From NCBI GenBank assembly GCA_977018835.1, contig OZ361259.1, forward strand, positions 1,984,001-2,048,000: 64,000 nucleotides of DNA, read 5' to 3'. Source of the DNA: Minutocellus sp. GHC0000111 (Eukaryota). Of this stretch, positions 20,916-33,784 are shown piece by piece (the first letter of the stretch is position 1; every line of letters begins with the position of its first letter). The translations under genes were made by a program, and so were the position numbers. The notes under the pieces were generated by a model, which made no database searches, had not been told where the DNA came from, and worked only from the letters and a program-made list of their open reading frames with translations.

Positions 20916-22238
20916 ATGATTGTTCCGCAATGGCTAATCGTGTTGGTTCTCATCGTTGTGTTCGGCTGCGTTGCGCTCGTATCGCGTGACAGCAGCATCT
21001 CCAGAATTCGAGACGATGCGGGCAAAGTAATGGTGTCGACATTCCATCAGTCGCAATCGCTGCCGACGTCGGATCCATTGTTCTGCCCGCCCACCTTCCA
21101 GTACAATCCACGGACGGATCGCCTGCGACATTATCATCAGCACAAGGCTGGGGGAAAGACGGTCAATTATATACTGGAGCGAATCAAACCTGCCAGCAAT
21201 GACGGTTCGGACCCATCGCAGGCGCCGCTGTTTACTCGGGCCAACGGGGGAGAGATACACGGCAACCGAAAGAGTCTGCACAAGCACATGCGCAAGGGAG
21301 AGAGCAATGACCGATACGTGACCTTCCTTAGGGAACCCACGGCCAAGGTCATGAGTCGCTTTTACTACCACCGGACCATGTGCAATGGAACCAGTTGGAT
21401 GATTCCATGCTACAAATTGGCTGGCGTTTGCTGCCTGACACTGGAAGATTATGTCGTACAGAGGGCAATGAACAACAACCAGTATGAGTCTCTGGTCGCG
21501 GGGATGTCGAGAGGGAAAGTTTGCTCGCCGAATCATCCAGATCTTCCATTTGAGAAGGATTGGGAGGCAATACGCAGGGGGAAGCTGACGCCAGATGATT
21601 TATGCCCAAATTCGGGCTGGGAAGGCTTTGTGGGCCGTGTGGAAGAGATATTACTGGATCTCTCTGACCGTGGAGTGTTCTTTGGCATCGTCGAGGAATG
21701 GGATACCTCCCTCCTCTTGTTGGGTGAAGAGGGTGGATTCGATCCGTCGTCCATGCTTTATTGTCACAAGAATGCCAAGGCTGGGTCACCAAAGCCGAGG
21801 CATTTGGCAGACGGCATTTTTGGCCCTGGGGGGAAGAAGGCCCTTGCTGTCCTGAGAGAGTACAATGCCTTGGACATTGCCACGTATGAGGCTGCCAGAA
21901 GAATATTCGATCGTAAGATCAAGTGTTGGAAGGACACATCTGTTAGGGTTAGGGTTACAACAAGCTTGGCTTCTGAAACAAAACAATGGCAAACGAATGC
22001 CCTTGCCTCATTCCAAGAAGAACATTGTGGATCGGGTACGAAACATTTAAATCGCACCTATCGGGCACCGGTATTTGGGATAAGGGATGCGACTGCACTT
22101 GCCGACCCTAACTTTGCAATCCCCTCAGATCTCCGTATAATGACATCGCGGGAAGAGGAGGGTGGAAACAGGACATGTCCTCAGCTTCTTGAAGAATTTG
22201 ACGAGTGTCCATTTCCAAAGCCTCTTGAAGCCTGCTAG
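20916..22238 (+). CDS. Type II membrane (Golgi-type) sulfotransferase
   Basis: N-terminal TM anchor; HYHQHKAGGKT (5'-PSB-like); TFLREP..VMSRFYY (3'-PB); FFGIVEEWDTSL; YNALDIATYE. Confidence 0.8.
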   Translation: MIVPQWLIVLVLIVVFGCVALVSRDSSISRIRDDAGKVMVSTFHQSQSLPTSDPLFCPPTFQYNPRTDRLRHYHQHKAGGKTVNYILERIKPASNDGSDPSQAPLFTRANGGEIHGNRKSLHKHMRKGESNDRYVTFLREPTAKVMSRFYYHRTMCNGTSWMIPCYKLAGVCCLTLEDYVVQRAMNNNQYESLVAGMSRGKVCSPNHPDLPFEKDWEAIRRGKLTPDDLCPNSGWEGFVGRVEEILLDLSDRGVFFGIVEEWDTSLLLLGEEGGFDPSSMLYCHKNAKAGSPKPRHLADGIFGPGGKKALAVLREYNALDIATYEAARRIFDRKIKCWKDTSVRVRVTTSLASETKQWQTNALASFQEEHCGSGTKHLNRTYRAPVFGIRDATALADPNFAIPSDLRIMTSREEEGGNRTCPQLLEEFDECPFPKPLEAC

Positions 22239-22620
22239 CAAGTACGATCGTAGGTATACTATTCAGACATAAGGGACACACTTACATGAGTTGATATTAT
22301 TTGAATTAAAATTAATTGAGAGTAGGCGAGAATTTTATTCCCTTTCGCCTTTTCTGTGTTCGAGTTTGTGAATAATAATAAATAGATCTGCCTTGATGAA
22401 AAGGATAGAGATTATGCGTGAAAAATGACTTGATTAGCTCGGGGAGTACAACAATCCGAGCAATCTGCCCCTTTTCACTCTCAATATCTCGATCCAAGGC
22501 GGGCGTATGAGAGCAATTCCTACCGCCAAGTTCGAAAAACGATTCATTCGTCAACGTCTTTGGCAAAAAAGTCAATATGCCCTCTCTCCGCTCGATCCAG
22601 ACTTTTGGAAATAATCAATT

Positions 22621-25600
22621 TTAAGGAGACTTCCATGACAACAAAAGGTCGCTGCCAAACAGGAGCTTTCGGCGCTCAGTAAGCGACAAGCTTTCGAGCA
22701 CCTCCGGCCCGTTGGCATCAAAAAGACCTGATGTAAAGTCGGCACCTGATATGCCATCATCCAAAAATGTCATACCATTCTGATCTGTCAGTAATTCTCC
22801 TAGTGTTGGACCGTTGCGGACACGGTCGTCAAGCATTGTGTCCCATTCCATGCTCCTTTTTTCAATGGATAAATCATCGCGGGCACCTATTTCTTTCTCC
22901 AATAAAAATGCAGCTCCAATCCTTCGAAGGATCGCTGTGACAAAAATGTGTGAATATTTTGCAAGATCCTCCGCGAACATAAACTTGGCGCGGATCAGGA
23001 CATTGCGTGCCGTATCGGCAGGTTGAGTTCGGCACCGGAACCAAAGCTTTCCATAGTTGGGATCGGCATTGGAACATCGCAATTCGAGTGAATACGTGTC
23101 GATCTTTTTGACATCATCCAATCTTAGTAGATTGCTTTTGAGCGTCGTCGCGGCGACACGGGCGTACTCGCCGACAATTGAATAAACATCATCGTTGCTC
23201 ACGACAGCCGGGCTCGTGAGACGCATTTCCATCCCATCGATGAAGGCTTGGACTCCAGGAACGACCCACTTCTGCATCAATTCGAGGCGTAACGTTTCCA
23301 AAAAGCTATCTCCATACTGAGGAGTGAACTTGGTGGCAAAGATGAGGTGTTGATCGGCCCTTTCCAGGTCAAACATGGGGGAGAACGGATTGAGGTGGAC
23401 GCGCGCGCCTTCGCCCCAAACCTCTCCACTCTTGGGCACTGCGCGGAGTGATTGTCTCAGGGCACGGAGTTGCGCATCTTCGCCTTCTCGGTGGCGAAGC
23501 TGTACAAGTGCCGCCCACAAACGGCCGGTGCCAGTGTGGATCTTGAGAGCATCGCAGGCGACCCGCGCAGCTCGATTGTACATCTTGCACCTGATCTCGA
23601 CGTTGACGCTCTCAAGCCATATCTTCCAGTCTGACGATGCATCGTTCCGCGCCTTGCAGAGGATGGCCCTAGCAAGTTCCATGTTCCCAACGAATTCCTC
23701 AAGTCTGGCGTGTTCGAGGAAGACCGCCGAGCGGCCCTTTTCGGGCACGTTGTCTGAAGCGCGGTGGAACAAAGTCCTGGCAACGTCGAATCGGCCTGCT
23801 GTGAGCTCCATCTTGCCGCCAGCGAGCCAAACCTTCCACACAAGATTCGGTGGACAAGACACGGCCGCCTTGGCAAAGCGAGTTCGACTACGTGTGAGAT
23901 GATCATCGAGTTTCTCGTTGGGATTTGCTTCACAGAACATTACGGCCGCCCTCTCCATAGCCTGGGCTGCCTCGAGGTGAACCTTCCAGAGTAGCTCGCG
24001 GCTGATACTACTCTGAGCCCGCGCAATCATTTTCATAGTCCGGGGTAGGTCGAACGATCCCTCGTCGAGATCCATTCCCTCGCATAGACGAAAGGCTCCG
24101 AACCAAAGCGGACCGTACCTGGGAATTTCTCTGAGGCCACGCTCTACAATGGCTAGAGCCTCATCTGGATTGTCGGTGTCGCGCTCCAGCTTGTAGGCTT
24201 CGAGATAAAGTGGCCCATACCACGGCACATGGTGCATTAAGTCTGTAACAAATGAAGGGTTGTGAATAAGGAGGGAGGACAATTTGGCCCAAGTCAGACA
24301 GATGAATTTTTACCAGGGTACGATCGTAGGGAAAAAATAAATGAAAAAAAAAATCCTCACATTTCAGGAGTCGCCTCGCCACTGTAGGGTTGCCAGATCT
24401 CGCTTCGAAGAGAGCGCCCTCCAAAACGGTACGCCAAACTTTCTCGATTCCAGGTGCGTGCTTGAGCCGAGCCAGGAGACTCCGAGCACCGGGAAGATTC
24501 CCGGTCTTCTCCTCGTGCTTAATGGTCCTTGTCATCAAGCTTTCGTTGAATTCGCAATAACGAAGGCCCGTATAGAGCAACCTTTGACATTTCGGAAGAT
24601 CTCCGCATTCTTCTTCCAGCTTGCTGTACTCCAGCCAACCCTGGGGTGTGTATGGTTGTAGCTCGCAGACCTTTGCGTAGAGCGAGCGGGCTGCATTGCT
24701 TTTATTGGATCGCTTGGCAAGATCTGCCAATTCCAAATAAACGCGCCAATGGACACTCCCGGGCAAAGGCGTACCGTCGGCGGCACCTTCAAGGACACTC
24801 ATTGCGAATTGCTGAGCCTCCGAAAGAGATGTTCGCTCTAGAGCATGAAATTTGCGATAAAATTCTTTGAAAGCGAGCTTGGTTTGTGGGTTCTCGTTGA
24901 GCTCGGCCTTCTTTTGCTCGCCAGGATCGGATGGTTTCGACGTACCATCGGCATCATCGCGGTGTGGCTGCTGTTGCTGCTTCTTACCCTTCCTTGGCGA
25001 GTCAGGGGAATCGTCGGGGACAGCCTTGCCCTTTTTGGAAGTTTTGGCCTTTTGGCCTCGGGCGATGTCACGAGCTGCTGCTCCTTGAAGGCTCGATGCT
25101 GCAACTCCATCACCATTATCATCATCCTCATCCTTACTCTTACTTCTGGCACCATTATCATCATCCTCATCCTTACTCTTACTTCTGGCAATCATTTTTT
25201 CGGCGCTAGGACCAAGTTTGCTATCGTCTCGACTCTGACGGTGTTGTGACTGCTGTTGCGAAGCATGGTAGTCGGGACCGGGATATGTCTGAGGATGGAA
25301 AACACCCGCCTGGGCCGAAAGCGATGGGTCCATCATCATACCATGAGGTGGAACCGGTGATGACGCTGTGACGGGAACTGGTGATGGGGCCATTGGTGGA
25401 ACTCCAACGGGTGATGATGAAGAAATTCCGGGAGGCATAACATTGCCCACTCCCGGCAAAGCGCCCCAGCCACCTCCAAACGCTTGCTGCTGTTGAGTAG
25501 AAGGCCCTGATGACCAGAGGCCGGGGCCAGCTCCACCGATTGGAGGTAGACCAAAATTTTGCCCCGGTCCATTGAACACAGGGAAATTAACTGGACTCGG

Positions 25601-27665
25601 AACCACTTGATTCGCTGGAACGGTAACAGGCGACATGCCATGAGGAGACATGGGAACAGGTGACTGTATTTGGGGCAGAGAAAAGAAGAAGTGCTTATTG
25701 TGAGACGAAATGATACAATTGCACCAACACATCGAAAGTGAATCGAATCACTCGATGGCAGGAGCACAACTAACTTACCATGATTCCCGACGGCAGCGGA
25801 GGCATATTCATCGGAGACATTCCCGCCTGTCTAGGATCCTGCATGAACGAGGCACCTGCACCTCCGAGTATGCCAGCTCCTGGCGGGACGGGTGACTGAC
25901 CGAAGATATTGGGACTTTGACCTCCCATCCAACCACGGTGGGGACCTGGGTACTGTTGAGGAGGAGCCGCACTCGGCTGCCCGAGCTGTTTGAATTGCTG
26001 CTGAAGCTGTGTCATCTCAGCGTCGGGAGAATCGGACGAGCGAGAACGTTGGTGCTCCTGCTGTCCATATGCCCCACCAACCCCTTCCGAAGAACTAGAT
26101 TGATCTTGTTGCAATGGTTGGTAATCAGGCTGCTGATTCTTCGCTGGGGGCGAAAATGCCCCAAAGCTTATTTGAGGGCCACCAGCATCAGCGCCATAGT
26201 GAGCTCTTCCTTGAGGACTCTGATTTTGCTGCTGCTGTTGCTGCTGTTGCTGCTGCTGATAGTACGGATACACAGAGGACCAATCTTCCAAGCCAGTGCC
26301 AACTGCTGCCCCGATGCCTCGAACCGTGCGAATGGGAGACGGGTCCGCCGACGAAGAGCTTAGGCTCAAGTCCGCGGCTGCGGCGATGGTGCTGCTATCC
26401 CCCGGCATCGCCGCCCTTCGGGGAGAGGCGTGGATGGCGGCCGCCAGAGCGTCCAGGGCGCTGCCGCCGCCATCTGTTGCACCTCGTCCTCGGATTGCGT
26501 TCCCCGCCCCAACCGCACGCTGTGGGCTGGGTTCGATGGTGCCGCCATTGACTGGCCTTACCGTGCCACCAACATTTGTGTCGTGGCTGTCATCGGCATC
26601 GGCGTCATCGTCGTCGTCATCGTCCATGAGATTATCCAAAGTTCTGGCCAACTGAACCGTTGCAGGAGAGAAGGCATCCCTCGTCCTGCCAGTACTGTCA
26701 CCAGTGGTGGAAGTATCGGCTCCACCACCGCTACTGGCTGCTGCTGCCAAGGCGACGCCAGAGGCAGAAGTAGCCGCCGCAGCCGTGTTGGGGGTAACGT
26801 TGAGGTTGAGGTGGGGATTTCGCGCCAAGGCGACGCCTGCCGGTGTGTACATCGGTAGTTTGTTACTGGCCGTACCACCTCGGGGCGCCGTCTGCGGGGG
26901 CGCAGCAAAGGCGACGCTACCGTCGGCGTTTGGCTTCCGAACGACCACGGGCGTCGTTAAAGCGAGACCACCGGCACCACTTCCGCCGCCAATACCACTA
27001 TTGCCGTACACGCCACTTCCACTGCCATTCCTATCCGAGCCCGAGGCCTTTGGTGTGGGCCCCACGGCTGCACTGGCAGCCCCTCGCGTCCGTCTCGAGG
27101 CAGCCGGGGAGCTCAGAGGATTCACTTCTGCCCCCGAGCCGGCCGCAGTGGCTGCTGCTGCCAGTGACGCCGTCTGCTGCTGCTGCTGCTGCTGCATCCC
27201 GCCTCCTCCCTTGTTCAAGTACTTTCCTCGAACTCCCTCCCTCGCCTGACTTCGCATCATCCGATCCATCTCGAACGACGACGAGAGCTCCGACTCTTCC
27301 GCCTCGTCTTCATGCGAACCGTACGAGTATTTGCTTGGACTTCCAGGCTGCTGTTGCTGTTGCTGATGATAATATTGTTTCTGATATTGAGACTGGTCGT
27401 TCTCCCTCACAAGATCCGGTGGGCCATCGCCCGCCTGCGGTAGGGCACCGCTATTGTTGGTGCTGGCGTTGCCACTATTTCTGTTGTTGCCGGCATAAGA
27501 AGCATATCCTGGCGGGGGCGGCGGCGGCTGCTGCGGCGGGGGCGCCAAATTATTTATTTTAGCACTTGCATGTGCGGCGCTTGCTGCCCCCGGCGCTGCC
27601 CTCGGCCTGCCCACCGCCGACCCCGTCGAACCTCCCGGGGGGTGGGGACGCCGTCGAGGCTCCAT
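22621..27665 (-). CDS. Large HAT/TPR-repeat protein with long Q/G/P-rich N-terminus; complement(join(22621..24242,24361..25663,25779..27665))
   Basis: HAT-like repeats (WRVYLELADL, GWLEYSKLEEE, WKVWLAGGKME, AVFLEHARLEE, WKIWLESVNVE, PKSGEVW); two GT-AG introns join the three ORFs in frame. Confidence 0.85.
25111..25190. repeat. Perfect 39-bp tandem duplication inside CDS (ARSKSKDEDDDNG x2)
   Basis: accattatcatcatcctcatccttactcttacttctggc at 25112-25150 and 25151-25189. Confidence 0.95.
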
Positions 27666-27974
27666 CTTCTCCGCCTCTCACTTCCTTCCTTCGGCTTGCC
27701 GCTGTTTGTGCCTCGTGCCTCGTATCGTGCTGAGTGCCTCGGGCTCTCAGCCTCATTTTTGTGCAATTCCGTTGGTGGGGCAACCGCACACAAATCGAAA
27801 GCATGGGTTTCTTTCTTGCGCAGTGAAGCGTAAAAGAGAAAGAGATATCCACATGCTTTGACTTGACTTCATTTTTCGGCATGACTTATGCGATGCCCAG
27901 AGGAAAGGAGTACCAGTGAGAATGCATGTAGATTCATTGCATTTAATTTGGCTTAAATACACAAACTGGGTGCG

Positions 27975-30900
27975 ATGGTGAAGGCTGGTCCCCGCGGCCG
28001 CAGAAAAGGCGCAACGAAATCTGCAGAGGAGTCGTTATCATCGTCGGCACCAACAACTCCATCATCGTCAGCTCCGTCAACTCCATCGAGGGGAGCAGCA
28101 GCTAATACTACTGGCGGCACAGGCGCTTGGAAGTCCTACGCTTCCACTATAGGAAAGGTGGCATCGCCCGCCTGAACAGCGCCAGCGAGCACGGCGGCAG
28201 CTGTACCAGCTTCACCGCAGCCTTCAGCACTAGCGCCAACCAAAAACCCTGAACCCCCGACGCATGCTGCCATGGCGTCGGTGCCGTCGGCAACGATCAG
28301 CGCCCTTGATGAGACTACCGTTCTGGCCAATCGGTTCATCCCGTCGTCTCTCAAGGCGCTCAATCAGGCTCCGACCTCCTGTACGCTCGTGGCGGGACGG
28401 ATACCGACTTTGGCAGCGCAGATCGAGCGGCTGTACCAGGACCTCATCCCCCGTGGAATCGAATGTTCATGCGAGCACTCTGCATCTGCTGCTGGTGATG
28501 CCGATGGCACGCCTAGGAAGAGGCGACTTCATGATTATGACGAGGGTAGTAAGGTCGCAATGGATGTGCGCAAAATGAAGGAAGAACTCCGTTACGCGCT
28601 GTTTTCTAACGAACCGTTGAGCAATATCCTTGACAAGGCGGAAGAATCGCCGTCGTCGCACGCAAATAATGAAACCAACAGCAATAATAAGACGGAGAGC
28701 GAGAATTACGCTCAAGTTATCGGCTCCAAACGAACAAAGAGTGCGATCAGAACAAGAACGAAAGACCTTGAGGATGTGTCTGCTTATCGTGACAAGTACG
28801 AGGGCTTACTGCTATTGGAACGAGACGAGATTCTGCGCTTACATGAACACTTGTCTCAATATCGGGTGCATGTGTCACCATTTCCCGGCAATGAAACCGG
28901 TAGGAATGGATCAGCGGCCTCCACTTTCCTCCATGCCCGAATTGTGATGCCTGGAATTGCCGACGTGCAACCCTCTCTGAGCGTCGGCGACGTCTGTCTA
29001 GTCCGCCCGGTTGAACCTCTTCAAATGCCAGCATATCAGAAGGGGGTAAAGATGGTGTACGATCAAAGTCGGCGGGCGTACGTGCCAAACCCAGTTAAGA
29101 TCCAGTGCCTAGTCCTTCGCATTGTTCGAGGACGGGCCGGGAATCCGGACGAAGTTGTCATCACGTGGCATTTTCTCAGGATGATTCGGCTTTGCAACAT
29201 GCTTGGTCGTATTACCCTCCCTCTCATCGCTTATACAATGTTCGATTTGTTCCGAGCACTCAACCGATTGAGCGTAGTCTCACAGCACTGCATTGGGCAT
29301 CAAAGCTTCCAAATAGCGTGGCAGATGGCCTTATCTTAGCCCGAGAGGAAGAGGCCCAGCTCGCACTACCAAAATGTAAGGATGGACACAAGCACAGCAA
29401 AGCTGCAGATGGCAAATGCATCGACATTGGACAGTACAGCCTCAATGAGAAGCAGCATGACTTTGTAAGCATGTGCCTAAGCCGCACTATCCACTCCTCG
29501 ATGGACCGTGTCCGTGAACCAATGCTCCTCACCGGTCCAGCAGGGGTAGGGAAAACTCGGACATTATATGCCGCAATCAATCAAATTTTGGATCTGAATC
29601 CAAACAATAGAATTCTTGTGTGTGCTCCGAGCCACACTGCGGCTAACGTTTTGACCCAACGCCTCGGGGAAAATCTTTCGGAGAAGGAATTGTATCGATT
29701 GGTGGACAGCGATAGAGGAAGTGACACCATCCCATTTGCTGTGCTTCGCTTTACTCATCGGGATCAGTCGGGCGGGGCGTTCGCATTGCCCTCAACAGAA
29801 AGGCTTCTACAATTCAGGGTCATTGTTTGTACTTGTTTGGATGCCCACATTTTGTATTCTGCGGGTCTTACCAACGCTACTCTGCGCACATGGCGGAAAT
29901 GTTTGAGCAATTCTGTCGAAACGCTCATGCAAAAGTGCCGGCTTTCTTTTGAAGGAGAAGTCCGCGGAGTAGATGAGCCCCATTTTACCCACTTGTTTAT
30001 TGACGAAGCAGCTCAGGCAACTGAACCAGAATCCCTGATACCCCTCTCAGTGGTGGTCGACCCGGAGCCTGGATCCGTCAAAGTTGAGATCGCCTTGGTT
30101 GGTGATCCTCGACAATTGGGAGCGCAGGTTTATTCCAGAGCTGCCGCGGATCGTGGGCTGGGATTTTCTTTCCTTGAACGACTTCTACAGCGTCCAAATG
30201 CAAAGGCTATTGCTGAATCAGAAGAAAAACGAGGGCATGGTCCAATCGACAACATGGACGATCTATTAGCCTATTACAATGAGGACAGGGAACAGAACTC
30301 GGTCTTCCTCAATGTGAATTACAGATGCCGCCCTGAGTTTTTGATGATGCCAAGCGCCCTCTTTTATTTCGATAAATTACAGAGCGCCAAATCAAAGATG
30401 ATATCTGATCCTGAAATCACGTCCCGTTGGTGCAGAGAACTACGAATACTTGAGAAGATGCGGCCGCGAGTGGAAATGGACGAAGAGGAGGCTGGGGACG
30501 TGTCTGCCGGCATACCACGAATTTATCGACCTCACAAACAAGAAATGTGGCCAATGCATTTCCGTGGAGTAGTAGGGCGAGATGTTTCTGTTGCGTTGGA
30601 TAGCTTTGCTGGCACGAACTCATGGTCAAATTTAGACGAAGCCAAAGAAGTTTCTCAAATCGTAATGGCACTAGCCCAAGATGGTGTGAAACCAGAACAA
30701 ATTGGTGTAATGTCACCTTTCAGAGGGCAAGTTGTGCAAATCCGAAAGCTTCTTCGTGATGCAGGACTCGGACAGGTGAATGTCGGAACGATCGAAGATT
30801 ACCAGGCAGTAGAATTCGATGCAATTGTGTTATCGTTGACAAGGTCTACACCCAAGTTTGTTGATTTCGACATCAAGCGTCGCGCGGGTGTCTTTGGTCA

Positions 30901-31814
30901 GCCAAAGAGGAGCAATGTTGCCCTACTCGTCCAGAACACTTGCTAGTGATAGTCGGAAATCCAAATGTCATGGCAAGCTGTCCTATTTGGCGACAGATTC
31001 TTTGGTTCTGCCTTCGAAATGGCCTCTGGTACGGAGAATCAGGCTCCAAAGGTTGCGCCGGGCTTGAATTGACAGATGAGCTTGTCTATTCGACTACAGG
31101 TACGGGAGATGTTATCGATGAAACCATTGTCACAGTTGGAACTCTGGAAAAGATATCCCGCACGACGGAAGCCTTTGATAAAGACAGCATCGAGGCTATT
31201 GTTGCCAAGGGTGTCTTTACTTCTAGTAATAGCGAGAAAGAGAATGGTGAAAGCAAGGCGCAAGCCGCCGTACCTGGGTCTCCTGCTCGACAAGTGCCTG
31301 CGCCTACCGCCGGAAATGGCACGTCGGTCCCTTCTCCAGCCCTCTCCACCACTCAAGGCGGGCGCGGTAATATGCAGCAGCCGCCTATGCCTTATTCATA
31401 TCCGCACCCTGCCTACGGACCACCAATGGGCCAAGGAATGCCTCCGCCACAACCGAACATGATGTATCCCGGCTCAATTCCTCCAGGGATGATGGGCCGC
31501 GGTGGTCCCATGCCAGTGCCTCCTCCAGGACATCCTGCCTTTGGACAAATGCCTTATCCATTTGGTCCGGGTCCAATGGGTCCACCGCCTCCGGGTATGA
31601 TGATGGGTGTGCCGCCACCAGGCATGATGATGGAACGAGGAGGAGGACCAATGGCGGCGCCGCCAGGTCATGGTGCACCTCCACCACCTGGATATATGCA
31701 GCCTCTCCCTCTTTCGGACAAGGACCAATGCCAAATCAACAACCACCAACACCCGGCACACCCAGTACAAGTAGTGCTCAGTCTGCTCCAAGGAAGGAAG
31801 AGCGGACCGGCTGA
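27975..31814 (+). CDS. SF1 UPF1-like RNA helicase, MOV10/SDE3 type, with Pro/Gly/Met-rich tail; disrupted by in-frame TGA (28173) and three 1-nt deletions (~29168, ~30925, ~31705)
   Basis: LTGPAGVGKT, ILVCAPSHTAA, FTHLFIDEAAQATEPE, GDPRQLG, NYR, GTIEDYQ, RSNVAL[T]R..LLVIVGNP; restored tail ends PRKEERTG-TGA. Confidence 0.85.
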
Positions 31815-32003
31815 ATTTCTTTCCTTAGAATTTTCGCGAAGTAGTACACTCTACTACGTAGCATATTGTGAGAATTGGTCTCTATAACTTATTTCATACC
31901 TGATAGATTGAAGCTATCGCACTTTAAACTGCGTGCGTATTTTGTACTTATCGCTGTCCTTCTTGCTGTATTTGTAGGCATTCGCAAGTAAGGGAGTGCC
32001 GAG

Positions 32004-33570
32004 CTATGGAATCTGGTAAACATGCTCCACGGCGGGGCCCTGCATCAGAATATTTCCATCCTTGGCCTCTCCGGTCTTTCTACGGGAATTGAAAAAGCGC
32101 AGCCTGCAGTTGTACAGACGAGCATTCTCCTTGGTACGCATCAGCTCAACCGATCCCTGCAACCGCGTGGTCTCCCCCTGCAGAAGTGGAATCTTTGACT
32201 GAAAGTGCATCACCTGCTGTCCCCAGTGAGTGTAGCCAGCCTCCGGCGCTGTGCTGAGAAAGGCCGCGTTGATCTTGGGCGCATCGGCGCCACCTTCATC
32301 GGTCCTGGACTTGAAGTCCGAAGTGAACCAGCCGGCGATGCCACTGATGCACTCGTCATCGGTGCTGTCCGCATCAACGTCAAAGTCGAAGGTGGCCATT
32401 TCTTCGCCGTGGGCGATACCTCTCGATTCCTCCAGCGTGCAAGTGGTCATGTCGTAATACTTCACCGCCTTGGGTTCGGCCAATACCTGCGACGCGCCGA
32501 GCTCTGCCCAACGGCTTGACAGGAGGTAGTACTCCTTCTGCTCGCGGTCGAAATCCTTACCGAGAACACCCATGTCGACTCCATACAAGCTGCGAGTCGA
32601 TTCCACAAATTCGCTCCAGTCGTCCATGGTGTGGCTGTATTCGTGAACGGACTGCATTCGGTCATCCTCGTCGAACACCGGAGCAACGTACATGGTGCAG
32701 TGGGACGGGAACATGAGGCCCGTCTTCTTCTTGAGGTACTTGTCCCTCGCTCGGATGACCGAATCGAGCATCGATTCTCGAAGGAGGAAGTAGCCCATCC
32801 ATTCCGACACCATGATGTCCACCACCAGCGTGCTGCCGTCCTCTTCGGCTTCGAGACCATCCTCGGCGATGGGCAGTTTGATGTCCTCCACGGCCCCCTG
32901 AATGACTGTAACGATGTCGGACACACCATTGGCCTCCACAACCTGTCGAGCGTGCTTGGCCATGTCGGTGTATTCGATCGCATACACCTTCTTGGCACCG
33001 GCCAGAGCAGCCCAAACCGCCAGAATGCCACTTCCCGTGCCCACATCCATTACGACCTGATGATCCGTGGTTTAGAAGATGAATATGGTGATATGTGATG
33101 TGAGAAATACAAAAACGATGGAAGAATTTTGAAGCGGACGTATTTTGCATAAGTAGGTGTCTTTCATTATTGGGGAGGGACAACCTATCGCTCACCTTGT
33201 CCTTGAACACCTCGGCGTTGCCCATAATGGCCTGGTGGTAGCTGGCCATGCGATTGTGATCGACGAGCATCTGCTTCTGATGGTACAGCTGAGCATACGA
33301 GCAGAAGTAGTTGGCAAAGTCGGTCGCCTTGGCCTTCTCATCGCCGTCGTAGCTTGGGATCTCCCCGGACTTGGATTGGTTCGCAAATGCCTCGTCGCTC
33401 ATTTTGTGAGTGGTTCTGGATGTGCGTGTTGGAACAGGAGGAGGAGAAGAAGAGGATGATGTGCTGATACTTCGACAAGTGGTGGCGGGGACGACGAATG
33501 CAGATGAGGAAGATCGAAAGGCAGACGATAGGGTGGGCGCAAAGCCAATGGTCAGGAGCAGCCGATACAT
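32004..33570 (-). CDS. PRMT10: Protein arginine methyltransferase, plant PRMT10-like; complement(join(32004..33056,33196..33570)); alternative ATG at 33402
   Basis: DFANYFCSYAQLYHQKQML, VMDVGTGSGIL, SEWMGYFLLRESMLDSV, YTHWGQQ. Confidence 0.88.
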
Positions 33571-33784
33571 TCACAGCAAGATTCTGTGGCGCGCGCGGGA
33601 AAAGTGTGAGAGAGTTTGATTCGACGGTGGTGGCGAGGCCTCGGCCTCTAGTTCGAACGACGGAAAGTCCGAAAACCTTTTGTTCTCTTTCTTTTTCCCA
33701 TTATTCCCCTTTTGTTTTCCATGTTCCTCCGGCTGCTGCATCATTTTTCAACCGACGCTTGGACGCAGGTATCGAAAGGAGAAG

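Noticed and set aside
21953..21967. TTAGGGTTAGGGTTA telomere-like sequence
   Set aside because: Only 2.5 units inside an intact CDS
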